Source: a virus | Virus record (IMG/VR): IMGVR_UViG_3300025645_000062 | Coordinates: 4,275 to 68,274 of that record | Reading direction: 5' to 3' (one strand) | Length of the DNA: 64,000 nucleotides | Part shown: positions 19,701 to 28,952 of the stretch, in pieces | Numbering within the stretch: the first letter of the stretch is position 1 | Layout: the number at the start of each line of letters is the position of its first letter | Position numbers and translations under genes: made by a program | Notes under the pieces: generated by a model | The model's input: the letters and a program-made list of their open reading frames with translations, nothing else | Told to the model about the DNA's origin: nothing | The model's database searches: none

Positions 19701-22700
19701 TTCACCTGAAATAGTCTGGTACATATCCATCATTGCAGGGTCATGATGGGTATCTGTAGCATCTAGGCTATCTTTTAAACCACCCATAGCTAAAAGTCTT
19801 TTAAGGTCGTACCCTTTCGCATCTACAATTCCCATACCATAAGCCCAATTACTATGAAATACCCCGTTAGTTTTACCATCTACTTCGATAGGTAAAGGTT
19901 TTTGAGTGTACCCATTAAAAATTGAATCAAGTGCCTCAATATACTCAACTGTAGGAGCTTTATAGTTTAAACTTTCTTCTCTTTGCCATGCTAAAAACTC
20001 AGGAATAGTCTTAGCTTTACTTAACTTAATTTCTTTACCTAACAAAAATAACTTAGCAAAAGTTTCTTTAAGACTTATTTCGTTAGATTGTTTATCTACT
20101 TTTACACCTAAGCCTAAACCTAATGCCAACACATAATGTTTTAATGCACTAGTAGGGTTAGATTTGTAATTTTTAACTAACTTCGCCCTTGAACCATGGA
20201 CTTTAATGTTTCCACGGTTAAAAGAAGTACGGACTAAAATACGGTGAAGTTTGTTTGCTTGGGGATTAACTTCCCCCTCAAAAAACTGTCTACCATTGGC
20301 AGAAAAAAATGATGAATAATATATTGGAACAGATTTCTTGTAGTAAGGTGACTTTTCGTTTGATGACTCTTCTTGTAAACGAATATACAGCGCATACGCA
20401 CTTGTAAACTCAGCTTTATAACCTTCTTTTTTACCTATTTTAGCTAGTTGATCATTTACATTTAAAGGTAAAATTGTAGTCTCGACTTTATTAATTAAAC
20501 GTGTACCTCCCAATATATCTATATCTTCTGGCTCATGTAAGTATTGTTCTACAAAAGCAGTAGCAGTTGCTTTTAAATCAGTCTTACCATCTACCTTTAC
20601 AAGGACACTTTTAAGCATCAACTCAAATTTAACATTATCTAAGTAAAATGGAGTACTTTCTGTAAGCTCAGCCATTTCTCTGGCCTTCACAGGTAAGTGT
20701 GAATAGTCTGTATTCGGTGGAGTACCTATATGGTTTAATCTATTTCGTTTAACACCATACTCTGCTTTAAGTATTTTAGTATCACCTTTTAATAGTAAAG
20801 AACTTAAATTTACTTCAGGGTTACGCGTATACCCATAATACGATTTATTATTATGTTTTACTGTAACCATATCAACACCTTTAGTATCACCAATCATACG
20901 TGTGACTGCAGAAGCTAAAAAAGTATTTAAAGCAGGTAAATACTGGTTTTGGTCGTAAGCTTCAACTAGTTTTGTGTTACGGGCTACAGCACCACTAATT
21001 ACACTATCTGGGATAAAAGTACCTTTACCTGCAAAAGTAGATTGCAGCGAAGTATTACCTCTATCAATCTTTTCTACATACATTTTAAGCTGCTTACGTG
21101 GTAAGTATTTAGTGTGTCCAATATATTCCATACCTTCAGCATAACTTAAAAACGAAGTCTGAATAAAATGTTCTGGTATGTTCCCATATTCATCTATAAG
21201 TAAAACTGAAACTCTACCCATATTTACACTAGTATTTAGTGGTGTACTTTTAATAGCTTGATGTATGTTGTTTTCAAACTTAGTTTTAAACTGAGCATAG
21301 TCTTGAACCAGTGCCATTACATCCTCTACTAATACATCGTGCTTCTCAGCAAATTCAGCCATAGCTACAGTATTATCTGAAGTAAGATTAAGTATTGAAG
21401 ACATATCCCATAAAGCAGACTCTTTAAATGAACCTAAAGAAGTTTTTAAAGGATTATCTTCTTTAAGTGAATTAAGTAATGCTTTGGCAGGATGGCCATC
21501 AGGCATAGTACGGATATCTTTAGCAAATTTCTGTCTAAAAGATTCTTGAATAGCGGGTAAAGTTTTAATACCCAACCTTTTTTTACCTCCCCTTTTACCT
21601 ACTAAACTTTCCTCAACTAAACTTCCTAGTGTAAAAATACTATCTTGGATATAAGCTTCAACAGTACTTTTTGCAGCGTCCTTAGAAAGAATATTAGTTT
21701 TTATTTCATCAGCAATTTGCTGAGAAATACTTTTAGTAGACTTTGTTTCACCTCTTACAATTGCCTTAAGTACTGCAGGCTTCATACCTATAGCCACAGC
21801 TAAAATATCAAGGTTATATTTAGCAATTGCAATAGTTTCAGCTATTGAATTAATACGTGAATATTGACTATGTGTAGCAGCTTCCATGTCATAAGAAGTT
21901 TTACCTTCTTTTGCCATACGAGCAGATTGCTGTTTAGCAACTTTAACTTCTGTAGTTTTTTGGCTAACTTCTTCTGCTACAAAATACTTACTTCTTACTT
22001 TATTAAATAAAAGAATACTATTTTTAAGGGCTTCCTCTAATTCTTTAACTTGAGTAACTAACTCAACTCGCTCAAGTTTAATTTCATTTAAATTAGATTT
22101 AACTTCTAACTGTTTAGCTGCTACATCTTCTCTATTTGTTTTAGATGTTACTTTAGCTCTAGCTGCTTCACCTTTTAGTTTTTTACGTAAAGTATTATTA
22201 ACTACATATGCTTTAGACAGCTGTCCAAGACGTTTACGTAACGTGCGAATTTCTTGGTACATGGAAGCAAACGCTCTGCGTTTGGTTATATACTTTTTTT
22301 GCTCAACTACTGAACCGCTTATTCTTTCCAATGGTTCAGGTAGTAAATCATTCATAGCTGTAAAGCTCTCAGCAGCAGCCTCAGAAGCTATTACCTCTTC
22401 TGCGGCTAATTGCTTAACTTCTTCAGTTAACACCTCAGAATACGCTTTTAAAGCTTCAGTTGTACGGTCTTCTTGCGAAGATACAAAAGGAGCGTCTGCT
22501 AAAAATAATTTATAAGCATCAAACCAGATAGACTTATTAGCATCTGTAAGTAGCCCTGATTTAACAATATTAGCATATATAGTACCTTTACTGCTTAAAG
22601 GTATATTCTTCATCTTACCTAAGATAAGTTTAAGTATTTCTTCTGCAGGCATGTTTTTAATAACATTTTCTTCAACACCTGTTATTTCACTGATACCCGT

Positions 22701-25700
22701 AACTACTGCAGGAGTAGCTAAGACTGAACCAGATAAAATATCTGTAGGAGTTAAAGTATGTAATACTTTTGTTTTTACTTTAAATACCTCTTGTTTAGTA
22801 GGTGCAATCATACTCATATTTGCTTGTATAAGTTGACTAAGTGCTGTGACACTTTTACTTGAAACACCTAAAAGTTCTACAATGTGTTTTACAAAAGTAT
22901 CTAAAAAACTAGAGTTTAGTTTGTTAACTTTAACTGAACCAAGATAGTTAATAAAATCAGTGTTACTCATTCCCATTACAATAAATTCTTGAATATTATT
23001 TAATGGATAAGCCCACTTAATTGCATCTTCTTTAGATGCTTGTTTTTTAACTTGTTTTAATAAATTTGTAATTTGGGTATAAAATACTTTTTGCTCAGGT
23101 GTATTACTTTCTTTCGGTTTAGCAGAATTCCATAAAAAACTATGAAGCAACTCGTGTAAGATAACCTCACCTTTTAACTTGGGGTCAGTTATGTTATTAG
23201 CAATATATACTTTACCTTCCGTTGCTTTATAAGTACCTAGTGCATGGGAGCCATCAGAATGTTTTATAAGTTTATCTGAGTTAGGTTCTACATAAATAAC
23301 TTCAGTATCTTTAGGTAAAGCGTTTTTTAATGCTTCTGCAACTTCAGTTAAGTTACCATACACACCTGACTCAATTTGTACCGTAAGGATTTCAGCACCA
23401 TTAGTAACAACAGATGTAGAAGCTTTATTATCTTCTTTAATCTTTGACCATACACCTGAACCAGAATCTACTTCCTCGTAACCTTTAAAAGACAAGTATT
23501 GAGCTAATCTACCTTCTCCTGTCTTATTATAACTTCTGTTTCGTGCTTCAAAATTGTCTGCAATAATAGTGGCACCTGCCTCTACTGCTTTATTAACTTC
23601 CTTAGCTGTAGCTGATTGAGCACTAAACTTCTTACCATTCTTCCCATTTACACTTACAAAAACAGTATCGTCTGCAGAATAAACACCTGTATTAGCTTTT
23701 TCTCCCCAAGCTAATCGGTATTCTTCTGTAGACGTATCTTTGGCACCAAAGCCAATAAATTTATTAGCTTGGTCAGACTTCCTTTGGTCTTTATTAAGTA
23801 ACTCTGTAGTTAACCTACCTGAACCAGCGAGCACTACCTTAGTAGGTTCAGCTTTCTTTCTTAACACCACCTGTGCATCATGCTGTATAACATTACCATC
23901 ATTGTCAGTGAGTGTGACTGTAGCAGTTATACGACCATCACTTCCTTCACGAATTTCACTAATTTTAGTTATAACAGTATCTTCAGGCAAAGAATCGAGG
24001 GCTACTTCATACCCTGTTCCTTCAAGACCTACAACAATACCAACAGAAGTGATATCCCTTTGTGTTGTGGGTTTGTCACTTCTATTAGAAGAGAATGTAG
24101 TGGTAGTAATACCATCATCACTTACTTTAGTATTCTTAAAGAATGTACGGGTTCTACCCTTTCTATCCGTAGAGGTAAGAGTTCCCATTGGAGACTCTGT
24201 AGTAGGTTTAGTAACAACTTCTTCTTCAACCTTCTTACCTTCAGGGTCAAGGATGTCCCTAGCCAGTGTATCAATTTGATTTAAGGTATCTAAATCCTTT
24301 GAAACTGCATCAATAGTGCGTTGCAGTCTACCCATACCTTTATAAGTAAAGCTTTTTGAACCTTTACCCATTGCACCAGATGTATCCCATACTGCTTTAC
24401 CTAATGAAGGGTCAGCTTTTAAACCTTCAAGAGCTGCTAGCTTACCAGTCTGGTTAGACTGTAAATAGCCTATAAACAAGTCATAAACAGCTTCTGCTTC
24501 CTGAGTATTACCTTTACCTAAAGCTGTAAGAAATGTGTCTACATGTTTACCTAAAGTACGATCACCTTTACTACCAAATAGTTCAGCACGTACTCTTTCA
24601 GTACCTGTAAGCGGTTTACCTTTAGTATCTACTTCATTGGCTCTAAGTGTTGAGACAAACTCAAATAACTTTTGCTTATCAACATCTTGGGTAGATTGAG
24701 CAAATAGATCAAGAGTTTCCCCTGACAACTGGCTTAGTTTATCTTCAGAATATAAAACTACATCTCCTATAGTCTCGATTAAAGCATCTACTTGTGCTGT
24801 TGAACTATCCTGACCTAGTTCAGTCTTTTGCTTTATTAAAGACATTACTAACTGTTCTGTATCACCTACTTCAATATTATTAATTACTTTAGCTACAGTG
24901 TTATAGTCAGCTTTAGCACTATCTAAAGGGTTAAGAGTCGTAGCTAAGTTAGCAATTGTTTGCGCATCTTTTTCAGATAAATCCGAATTACTAAGTAACT
25001 TAACACCTGCCACAGTTAAATCCGTGTTGTCAGTTTGTGCTTTGTAAAGTGACTGACCAATAGCTTCAAAATCTTTACCATCCTTACGTAAGTTTTCTTC
25101 AGATAAATCTGTATTCAAAGTATGTTCTAGTACTGAATTAACATAAGATTTTACCTCAGCATTATCTGTTTCATAATTTGAATAAGTATCAATAACTTCC
25201 TTAGTTCTACTAGCTACTTCTACCTCATCTTCTACAGGCGCTCTTTCAGGAGCATACCTTTCTATTACATTATTCGGTTCAGCTTTAGAAGTACCTGCCT
25301 CTGGTTCCTTATTTTTTATTGTAGCGTTGTTATTTTCTTCTTGCAGTTCTTGTACAGCTTCAGCTAATTCTGTAGAATTTTGATCAACACGAGCTTGAGA
25401 AAGTTTTTCAACTGCTTTAGTAACAGTTCTTCCTGCACCTGCCATTACACCACCAGATAAACCACCTGCTGCAAGACCTGCACCTGCAGATTCACCTACA
25501 CCTTCAAGTGCATCTTTAGACTCATCACCTTCTTTAACTTGTATATTTGAAACAAGTTGTCCTGCACCCGATTGAACTGTTTCTTCAACTGCTTCAACTG
25601 CTGCGCCTTTAGCGGTTGATTTAATTATACCTTTTTTAACACCTTTATTTAATACGTTACCAAACGTATCTGCAGCACCTGTAGCTTTACCTACTAAAGC

Positions 25701-26666
25701 AGCAATTGAACCAGAAATAATTGCTGTGTCACGAGCACCTTCTTCAGCAAATTGTAAACGTACTTCTTCAAAAGTAGCGTTAGGCATCTTCTTAGTTAAT
25801 TCTTGAAAGTCACTAGACTGTTTAAGTACTTCTGGAGTAAGGTTTAATATTGCATCCCGAGTTTGAATAGCATTATTGGTACCCTCGGACACACCTGTAT
25901 AAACTGCACCTGTTATTCCACCTGCTTTAGTTGCAGCTTTTTGCCCTGCTTTAGCTATAAAAGCTTTTGAAGCAGCACTTTCAGCCACACTTTTACCTAA
26001 CTTTTTCTTTATTCCCGACTTAACTGCAACTTTTGCAGCTCCACCAATAATACCACCAGTTGCAGCCATCGCAACTAGGTCAGCAGAACTCTTAGCAGCC
26101 TCAGAAACAGCAGCTAATGGATTAGTTATGTAATCACCAACCGTACCAAAGAACTCGCTTAGAGACTCTCCTGCGGAGATGTTACCATCACCCATTTGTA
26201 TAGCTTTGCGTTCTGCAGCAGCATTAACAATATTTGCTTTAGCTTGACGTAAATCCATTGAATATTCTTTTTCGGATTCTTCAGCTTCAGCTTGCTGAGT
26301 AGCAACACCTTCCCAACCAAATTTAGATAAAGCATCTGAATTAACTGCATCCCCTATTAAACCTGTTACACCATAACCTGTTTGAGCAAGCCTATCACCA
26401 AATGCAATACCAAGGTCAGTACCTAAATCTTCCATGGTTCCTTGGTTTCTTGTTGCCTTAAATATTCTCTGTTGGTTGAGAAAGTTTCTCATGTCTAGTG
26501 AATTAGCCGTAGGATTTTGAACCATGAACTCCTCAAGAGGAGCTACTAGTTGAGCATCGGTAAAAGCAGTTTGTTTTTTAAGATGAGCTTGACCCACCGC
26601 CTCTGCTTTCGCAGAAGTGATGTTTAAATTCATTGTGCGTTGGAAGAGATTGTCAGGTGTAACCAT
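13767..26666 (-). CDS. Virion-encapsidated RNA polymerase (N4 gp50-like), 4299 aa
   Basis: T7-like motif A DGKTNG (19863-19880), motif B RNASKAGVTSTVYGG (19539-19583), motif C VYDA (~18780); N4-like Gly/Ala-rich N-terminus (EAVEETVQSGAGQLVSN); no Cys seen. Confidence 0.95.
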   Translation of the reverse strand: MVTPDNLFQRTMNLNITSAKAEAVGQAHLKKQTAFTDAQLVAPLEEFMVQNPTANSLDMRNFLNQQRIFKATRNQGTMEDLGTDLGIAFGDRLAQTGYGVTGLIGDAVNSDALSKFGWEGVATQQAEAEESEKEYSMDLRQAKANIVNAAAERKAIQMGDGNISAGESLSEFFGTVGDYITNPLAAVSEAAKSSADLVAMAATGGIIGGAAKVAVKSGIKKKLGKSVAESAASKAFIAKAGQKAATKAGGITGAVYTGVSEGTNNAIQTRDAILNLTPEVLKQSSDFQELTKKMPNATFEEVRLQFAEEGARDTAIISGSIAALVGKATGAADTFGNVLNKGVKKGIIKSTAKGAAVEAVEETVQSGAGQLVSNIQVKEGDESKDALEGVGESAGAGLAAGGLSGGVMAGAGRTVTKAVEKLSQARVDQNSTELAEAVQELQEENNNATIKNKEPEAGTSKAEPNNVIERYAPERAPVEDEVEVASRTKEVIDTYSNYETDNAEVKSYVNSVLEHTLNTDLSEENLRKDGKDFEAIGQSLYKAQTDNTDLTVAGVKLLSNSDLSEKDAQTIANLATTLNPLDSAKADYNTVAKVINNIEVGDTEQLVMSLIKQKTELGQDSSTAQVDALIETIGDVVLYSEDKLSQLSGETLDLFAQSTQDVDKQKLFEFVSTLRANEVDTKGKPLTGTERVRAELFGSKGDRTLGKHVDTFLTALGKGNTQEAEAVYDLFIGYLQSNQTGKLAALEGLKADPSLGKAVWDTSGAMGKGSKSFTYKGMGRLQRTIDAVSKDLDTLNQIDTLARDILDPEGKKVEEEVVTKPTTESPMGTLTSTDRKGRTRTFFKNTKVSDDGITTTTFSSNRSDKPTTQRDITSVGIVVGLEGTGYEVALDSLPEDTVITKISEIREGSDGRITATVTLTDNDGNVIQHDAQVVLRKKAEPTKVVLAGSGRLTTELLNKDQRKSDQANKFIGFGAKDTSTEEYRLAWGEKANTGVYSADDTVFVSVNGKNGKKFSAQSATAKEVNKAVEAGATIIADNFEARNRSYNKTGEGRLAQYLSFKGYEEVDSGSGVWSKIKEDNKASTSVVTNGAEILTVQIESGVYGNLTEVAEALKNALPKDTEVIYVEPNSDKLIKHSDGSHALGTYKATEGKVYIANNITDPKLKGEVILHELLHSFLWNSAKPKESNTPEQKVFYTQITNLLKQVKKQASKEDAIKWAYPLNNIQEFIVMGMSNTDFINYLGSVKVNKLNSSFLDTFVKHIVELLGVSSKSVTALSQLIQANMSMIAPTKQEVFKVKTKVLHTLTPTDILSGSVLATPAVVTGISEITGVEENVIKNMPAEEILKLILGKMKNIPLSSKGTIYANIVKSGLLTDANKSIWFDAYKLFLADAPFVSSQEDRTTEALKAYSEVLTEEVKQLAAEEVIASEAAAESFTAMNDLLPEPLERISGSVVEQKKYITKRRAFASMYQEIRTLRKRLGQLSKAYVVNNTLRKKLKGEAARAKVTSKTNREDVAAKQLEVKSNLNEIKLERVELVTQVKELEEALKNSILLFNKVRSKYFVAEEVSQKTTEVKVAKQQSARMAKEGKTSYDMEAATHSQYSRINSIAETIAIAKYNLDILAVAIGMKPAVLKAIVRGETKSTKSISQQIADEIKTNILSKDAAKSTVEAYIQDSIFTLGSLVEESLVGKRGGKKRLGIKTLPAIQESFRQKFAKDIRTMPDGHPAKALLNSLKEDNPLKTSLGSFKESALWDMSSILNLTSDNTVAMAEFAEKHDVLVEDVMALVQDYAQFKTKFENNIHQAIKSTPLNTSVNMGRVSVLLIDEYGNIPEHFIQTSFLSYAEGMEYIGHTKYLPRKQLKMYVEKIDRGNTSLQSTFAGKGTFIPDSVISGAVARNTKLVEAYDQNQYLPALNTFLASAVTRMIGDTKGVDMVTVKHNNKSYYGYTRNPEVNLSSLLLKGDTKILKAEYGVKRNRLNHIGTPPNTDYSHLPVKAREMAELTESTPFYLDNVKFELMLKSVLVKVDGKTDLKATATAFVEQYLHEPEDIDILGGTRLINKVETTILPLNVNDQLAKIGKKEGYKAEFTSAYALYIRLQEESSNEKSPYYKKSVPIYYSSFFSANGRQFFEGEVNPQANKLHRILVRTSFNRGNIKVHGSRAKLVKNYKSNPTSALKHYVLALGLGLGVKVDKQSNEISLKETFAKLFLLGKEIKLSKAKTIPEFLAWQREESLNYKAPTVEYIEALDSIFNGYTQKPLPIEVDGKTNGVFHSNWAYGMGIVDAKGYDLKRLLAMGGLKDSLDATDTHHDPAMMDMYQTISGEATNNLKNMKANDELSDDTAKAWAFLKDQVSFVGFGEIFERNASKAGVTSTVYGGSLKALVSGLIYGAKSGEGFLAKFYMDVSAAIGTPINSPERIQLKGWNDVFWEGNSVPVMDDVKLSNYTLTDKQQEDITKHVKETLGKSIDRAISDVLYRSKDVTDQVTMATGTMVALYNMAQVKLTKAVIKKRKLPPTASLSKEDLSKIKQALSSMFPEMDLAIEGLTFLNKRARAQDSKQQQGTTIPVFSVDTESDILAKTPEDVHTGAAPLKEAGVTANPNGIISIDAEMQRLTTKLMKAVTGTLHLNVYDAQDISSGSEAVLGAFITNLAETLTIMQADPVKEVADTLTGVLEASAKPLLFEGEVIITGLNSLLESGTAEFTTDYAEFLNELSTELGGRTTAGDYTNLLGSGDIAQHLQRLQQKLNRTAKQGEISRLDYVAKSDGGIKVHQLAGIDGTAILINSDGSFNWSQMQQESGLSDAKIDKLKTLPEIVEFEKSFKNRIATQDSLSLEVPILENVPEKSEKSHKVSMMEKLAGIILSKGTFKDFSKEKGFTEIKITTEVLKDFNLNRVNLGAKIDKDSGLPASLNTTLFQVNPVWNRKNKEYDYSNITKSNLNGQVIRIVDKKYFTKYGLTTNIKGRHVIEKSAPNAKTGLITFTPIIYIPEGISIAEAMTAMQHELTHANMVGGLNNIIGGNGTSKQNKLYAAFKQDMQKFLTLSEDTLVSKPTLHNLWLVLQDINNTVSKTDSDRVRKEYMLIQEYAAHLNQNPEDMSVDSYLREDITDQVGTEVVGIIGAILQSLTKLLSSLVGSWINPADFPKNNDNSVNRVTLLQAFMFEMGKTSNIVKTTDKTFPITDVPLNSEDRLNNRFTDRSYTTEETNRLAQLRDKVMNAISGLEIGIKELIDNNDDIGGIKKSDTKAYKEFIKYTNVLKDSTSKLRILSAKGALTDAEVEILSQLTGVLSIGRDNKYYQRRHLDKIYLQASKTIKVSDLVPASIKESDPSYVTHLRMAADVHTLLFKTDDVNRVARFAAYSEVSPELKAALKTVDIKEATPTHSNWFEKVRQVIRDAVVKSANALSGIRAGDASLQTQMTIDNMFLSKKLFDNKFNNKLVNYERKLDASFQFVGKQFAKTARVVISKISGKEIPQGLSVSDMILDYTPRGEGETTVPGFWRNNLLEMLKRTQSHSVKVDRRVDIGKSKVDAVHTGTARGIKNILTDIFSKTLTKDESKAIVEGDIKADLGSLIEEHGMSVKDVQMLLEDASTRNTRINILQNQILNTTVPNVTKAHQTMMINEAKALGYRLVQGGATRGMGYPNAYSISRLTGTSAEVEYSPTLDSTLVPMLDQLAALSAIQYMDSGTREILAELYDSQGDAFNVIHAQIKANQTDLVNRYGLGILNQVPKGNTPDITDVNTNIRIVSKSQLAEFPSHEVLHEVAAPHSDEKHYVIYNEVGGAVPYVSGAISLIDSSISLAAKGAVRSEGLNLWDSGEITSNNAKAYTAAMSSKIREPSPIDKGGYVPNLNQSGQIVSYKYELPRAEYTRLAGVSGDWSDMLSEYAGRLQAEKLGTFNNVELVKELYAEYTSSSNKKAWVRVSVDSPNRQVREAWQLAPQEMKDTAKTYFGEPVIYVHRDDINQALGFREVSIKALFRPKGFDEETYMRTVTELMKKIFHPKLINILRKAELGTQEVVSIGKDLVVVKSVVVPAANLMSNINQLVGRGVPVEDVYSNGLLGVNAKREYDTISERLYILQAKLKIVTDVEEKAKLNSEFVLLKQSRESNPLFRLISEEGMNPSVIEELGEESKRDGFRKKFLENLSAKFEDALPENNAFVNVGKEVAITQDSSVYKLLNEGLELGDFVSKFILYTHLTTQEGMSHEDAIEQARSEFINYNRNQNPLMDYANKLGVTPFFKYFMRKHPVMWATIKKSPSRTIVQILAAIQLGVPSLFETSLINKDLVAATGTVNFLGMASDAHLLL

Positions 26667-26690
26667 TAAGAGTCTGCCTTAGTTTTATGT

Positions 26691-28028
26691 TTAGTTTGTA
26701 CCTATTTGCAGGTTAAATAGGTTTTGCTTTGCTTGCATAGTATTTATATCAGTTAAGTTCTTAGTTTTAAGTTCACTTAAATCTGTATCTTTTTGACGTA
26801 TAACTATGGAATCATCTGTTGCTTTCTTTACAGCTGCTTCCATATCATCAGGGTCAATCGCCCCAAGTGAAAACCAAGGGTCACCATGAACCGCATCACC
26901 CTGCGAAATAGCTTGGGAGATAATATAATTATCCCACTTATCATCGCCTATAGGAAGTAGTGGTTGTTTTTTTGCTTTTCTTGCTTTGTTAGCTTCTACT
27001 AATTTACCTGTAATAATCTTTCGCATCTTAGGTACTAAATTCTGTACTTCAATTTGAACCGCAGTCATATCATCTTTATTGACTCGGTTATTACCTGCTA
27101 AAGCCTGACTAATAACATTTTGACCTGTTTGAGAAGGGTCTGTTGCATAGTTACGATACTCGGTCATACGATTAACTAAACCCTGATCATCACCTGTAAT
27201 CGCTTTAACCTGTGCCGCATAATCTCTTTCTACAGCAGCTTGTTTATTAGACATACCTGTAGTCTGTGCTTGAGTAGGAACAAGACTTTGGTTCAACGCT
27301 GTTGCTTTATTTTGTAAATAGTTAGGTATTTGAGTAATATCAATATCATCTTGACCTGACTCATTAGTAAGACTTAAACGCGCTTTTTCTGTTACCCTTG
27401 CATTAAGAACTTGCAGCTGCTCCTGAAGTCCTTTGAAATTAGCAAGTAAATCAGCATCGTCTTGAGTACCATTTTTACCTATAACAAAGTTACCATCTTG
27501 GGGTATAATTGTACCTTTCTCTACTCCCTCAATTAGGCTTGTACGAGTTTTAAGTAGATTTGCACCTATCTTATCAGCTTCAGCTCCAACACCTGTTAAA
27601 AACTTCTGAGTGTTTATACCAACCCGCTTAGCAAGAGCACTGTCATCCAACTCCTGTTGATAACGTAGTTCAGCAACATTACTATTTCGGGTACGAGCTG
27701 TTTCTTGCTGGTTCTCAAAGTTTTGTTGCGCAGCATCTGCATCTAATCCTATTTGCTTTTCAGCTAAACGACTGTCCATTGTAAGTGCGTCATAGCCACC
27801 ACCGAGAGCACTAGCAGCTAAAGCTAGACCTTCACCCCGTACAGGGGCAAAGTCTATTGTAGCTCGTTGTGCGGCTATAGGGGACAGTTGAGATGAACCT
27901 TGATTTCGTTGTTGTAGCTTACGTTGAATTAACTGTTCAACATCACTCATACCAGTAGATTGCCCAGAACCACCTAATCGAGACTCAAATAAATTACTAA
28001 CTAAACCTTCATATTGTTCATCTTTCAT
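26691..28028 (-). CDS. Virion ejection protein (N4 gp51 position)
   Basis: Directly upstream of vRNAP, Gln/Ala-rich helical, no Cys seen. Confidence 0.6.
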   Translation of the reverse strand: MKDEQYEGLVSNLFESRLGGSGQSTGMSDVEQLIQRKLQQRNQGSSQLSPIAAQRATIDFAPVRGEGLALAASALGGGYDALTMDSRLAEKQIGLDADAAQQNFENQQETARTRNSNVAELRYQQELDDSALAKRVGINTQKFLTGVGAEADKIGANLLKTRTSLIEGVEKGTIIPQDGNFVIGKNGTQDDADLLANFKGLQEQLQVLNARVTEKARLSLTNESGQDDIDITQIPNYLQNKATALNQSLVPTQAQTTGMSNKQAAVERDYAAQVKAITGDDQGLVNRMTEYRNYATDPSQTGQNVISQALAGNNRVNKDDMTAVQIEVQNLVPKMRKIITGKLVEANKARKAKKQPLLPIGDDKWDNYIISQAISQGDAVHGDPWFSLGAIDPDDMEAAVKKATDDSIVIRQKDTDLSELKTKNLTDINTMQAKQNLFNLQIGTN

Positions 28029-28942
28029 TAGCTGTATCCTTTAACTGAATTACGTATCTTGTTATTTTTTAGAAGCATATCTAGTTCTTCTTGCCTTTGA
28101 CCTAAAGCTTGTCTTCCTTGGCTCAACTGCTCTTTTTGCATACTTCTGTCATTAAAGAAACCAGCAAGACCTAACCCAAACTGACCTGCTGACTGTATTC
28201 CCTTCAATTTAGCTTCTGCAGAAAGATCATCCCAAAAATTATTTCCGCCTTCTCCGCCTTCGTAATTAGCGTTATACATATCATCAAAATCTATGTCTTC
28301 CTGTGTAATTTTCCCATTATTGTAAGGCATTTGGGTAGTATTACTGCCTCCTATAGTAGTTCCCCATCCATTTTTAGGTTCAGCTGTAAAAGATTCTTTT
28401 GAAAACATACCATTAAAATCCATAGCTTGAAACGGCTGCTGTTGTTGAGCAAAAAAGTTATTATCTGTTCCAGATGTAGATACACCTGACATTGGATTAA
28501 CTGTAACAGGTGTAGGGTTAAGTGCATATGGCGCACCTAATCCAGCCTGATTACCATTTGAACCTGTCCCCATAAAACTATCTACACCAAACTGCTGGTT
28601 CATATTACTTGCAACATTTGCATAATTTCCAATAGGAGCAGATCCGTTTAAAGGGTATGTATTAACGGGAACATCATTGCTGTTCAAAGTCATTGGACTT
28701 CCCATCTTGTTTTGTCTTGGGGTATTTACAGAATTTTTATAAGCATCCATAAACTCAACTCCAGCTTGTTGAGTAACTTGATCATTTAAAGCCTTAAATC
28801 TTACACGTTGGGCATCTTGCGCTGCACGGTTATTACCTACGCTAAACTTAGACATAAAGTCTTCTAAACCAAAATTAGTTTCACCAAAAACATTACTATT
28901 AGGTTGTAACCAAGGTTGATAGTTGTTTTTAAAATCTGCCAT
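28028..28942 (-). CDS. Virion ejection protein (N4 gp52 position) with low-complexity N-terminus
   Basis: Synteny; C-terminal GQFGLGLAGFF...MQKEQL pattern; N/Q/G/F-rich. Confidence 0.55.
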   Translation of the reverse strand: MADFKNNYQPWLQPNSNVFGETNFGLEDFMSKFSVGNNRAAQDAQRVRFKALNDQVTQQAGVEFMDAYKNSVNTPRQNKMGSPMTLNSNDVPVNTYPLNGSAPIGNYANVASNMNQQFGVDSFMGTGSNGNQAGLGAPYALNPTPVTVNPMSGVSTSGTDNNFFAQQQQPFQAMDFNGMFSKESFTAEPKNGWGTTIGGSNTTQMPYNNGKITQEDIDFDDMYNANYEGGEGGNNFWDDLSAEAKLKGIQSAGQFGLGLAGFFNDRSMQKEQLSQGRQALGQRQEELDMLLKNNKIRNSVKGYS

Positions 28943-28952
28943 TATTTATTCC

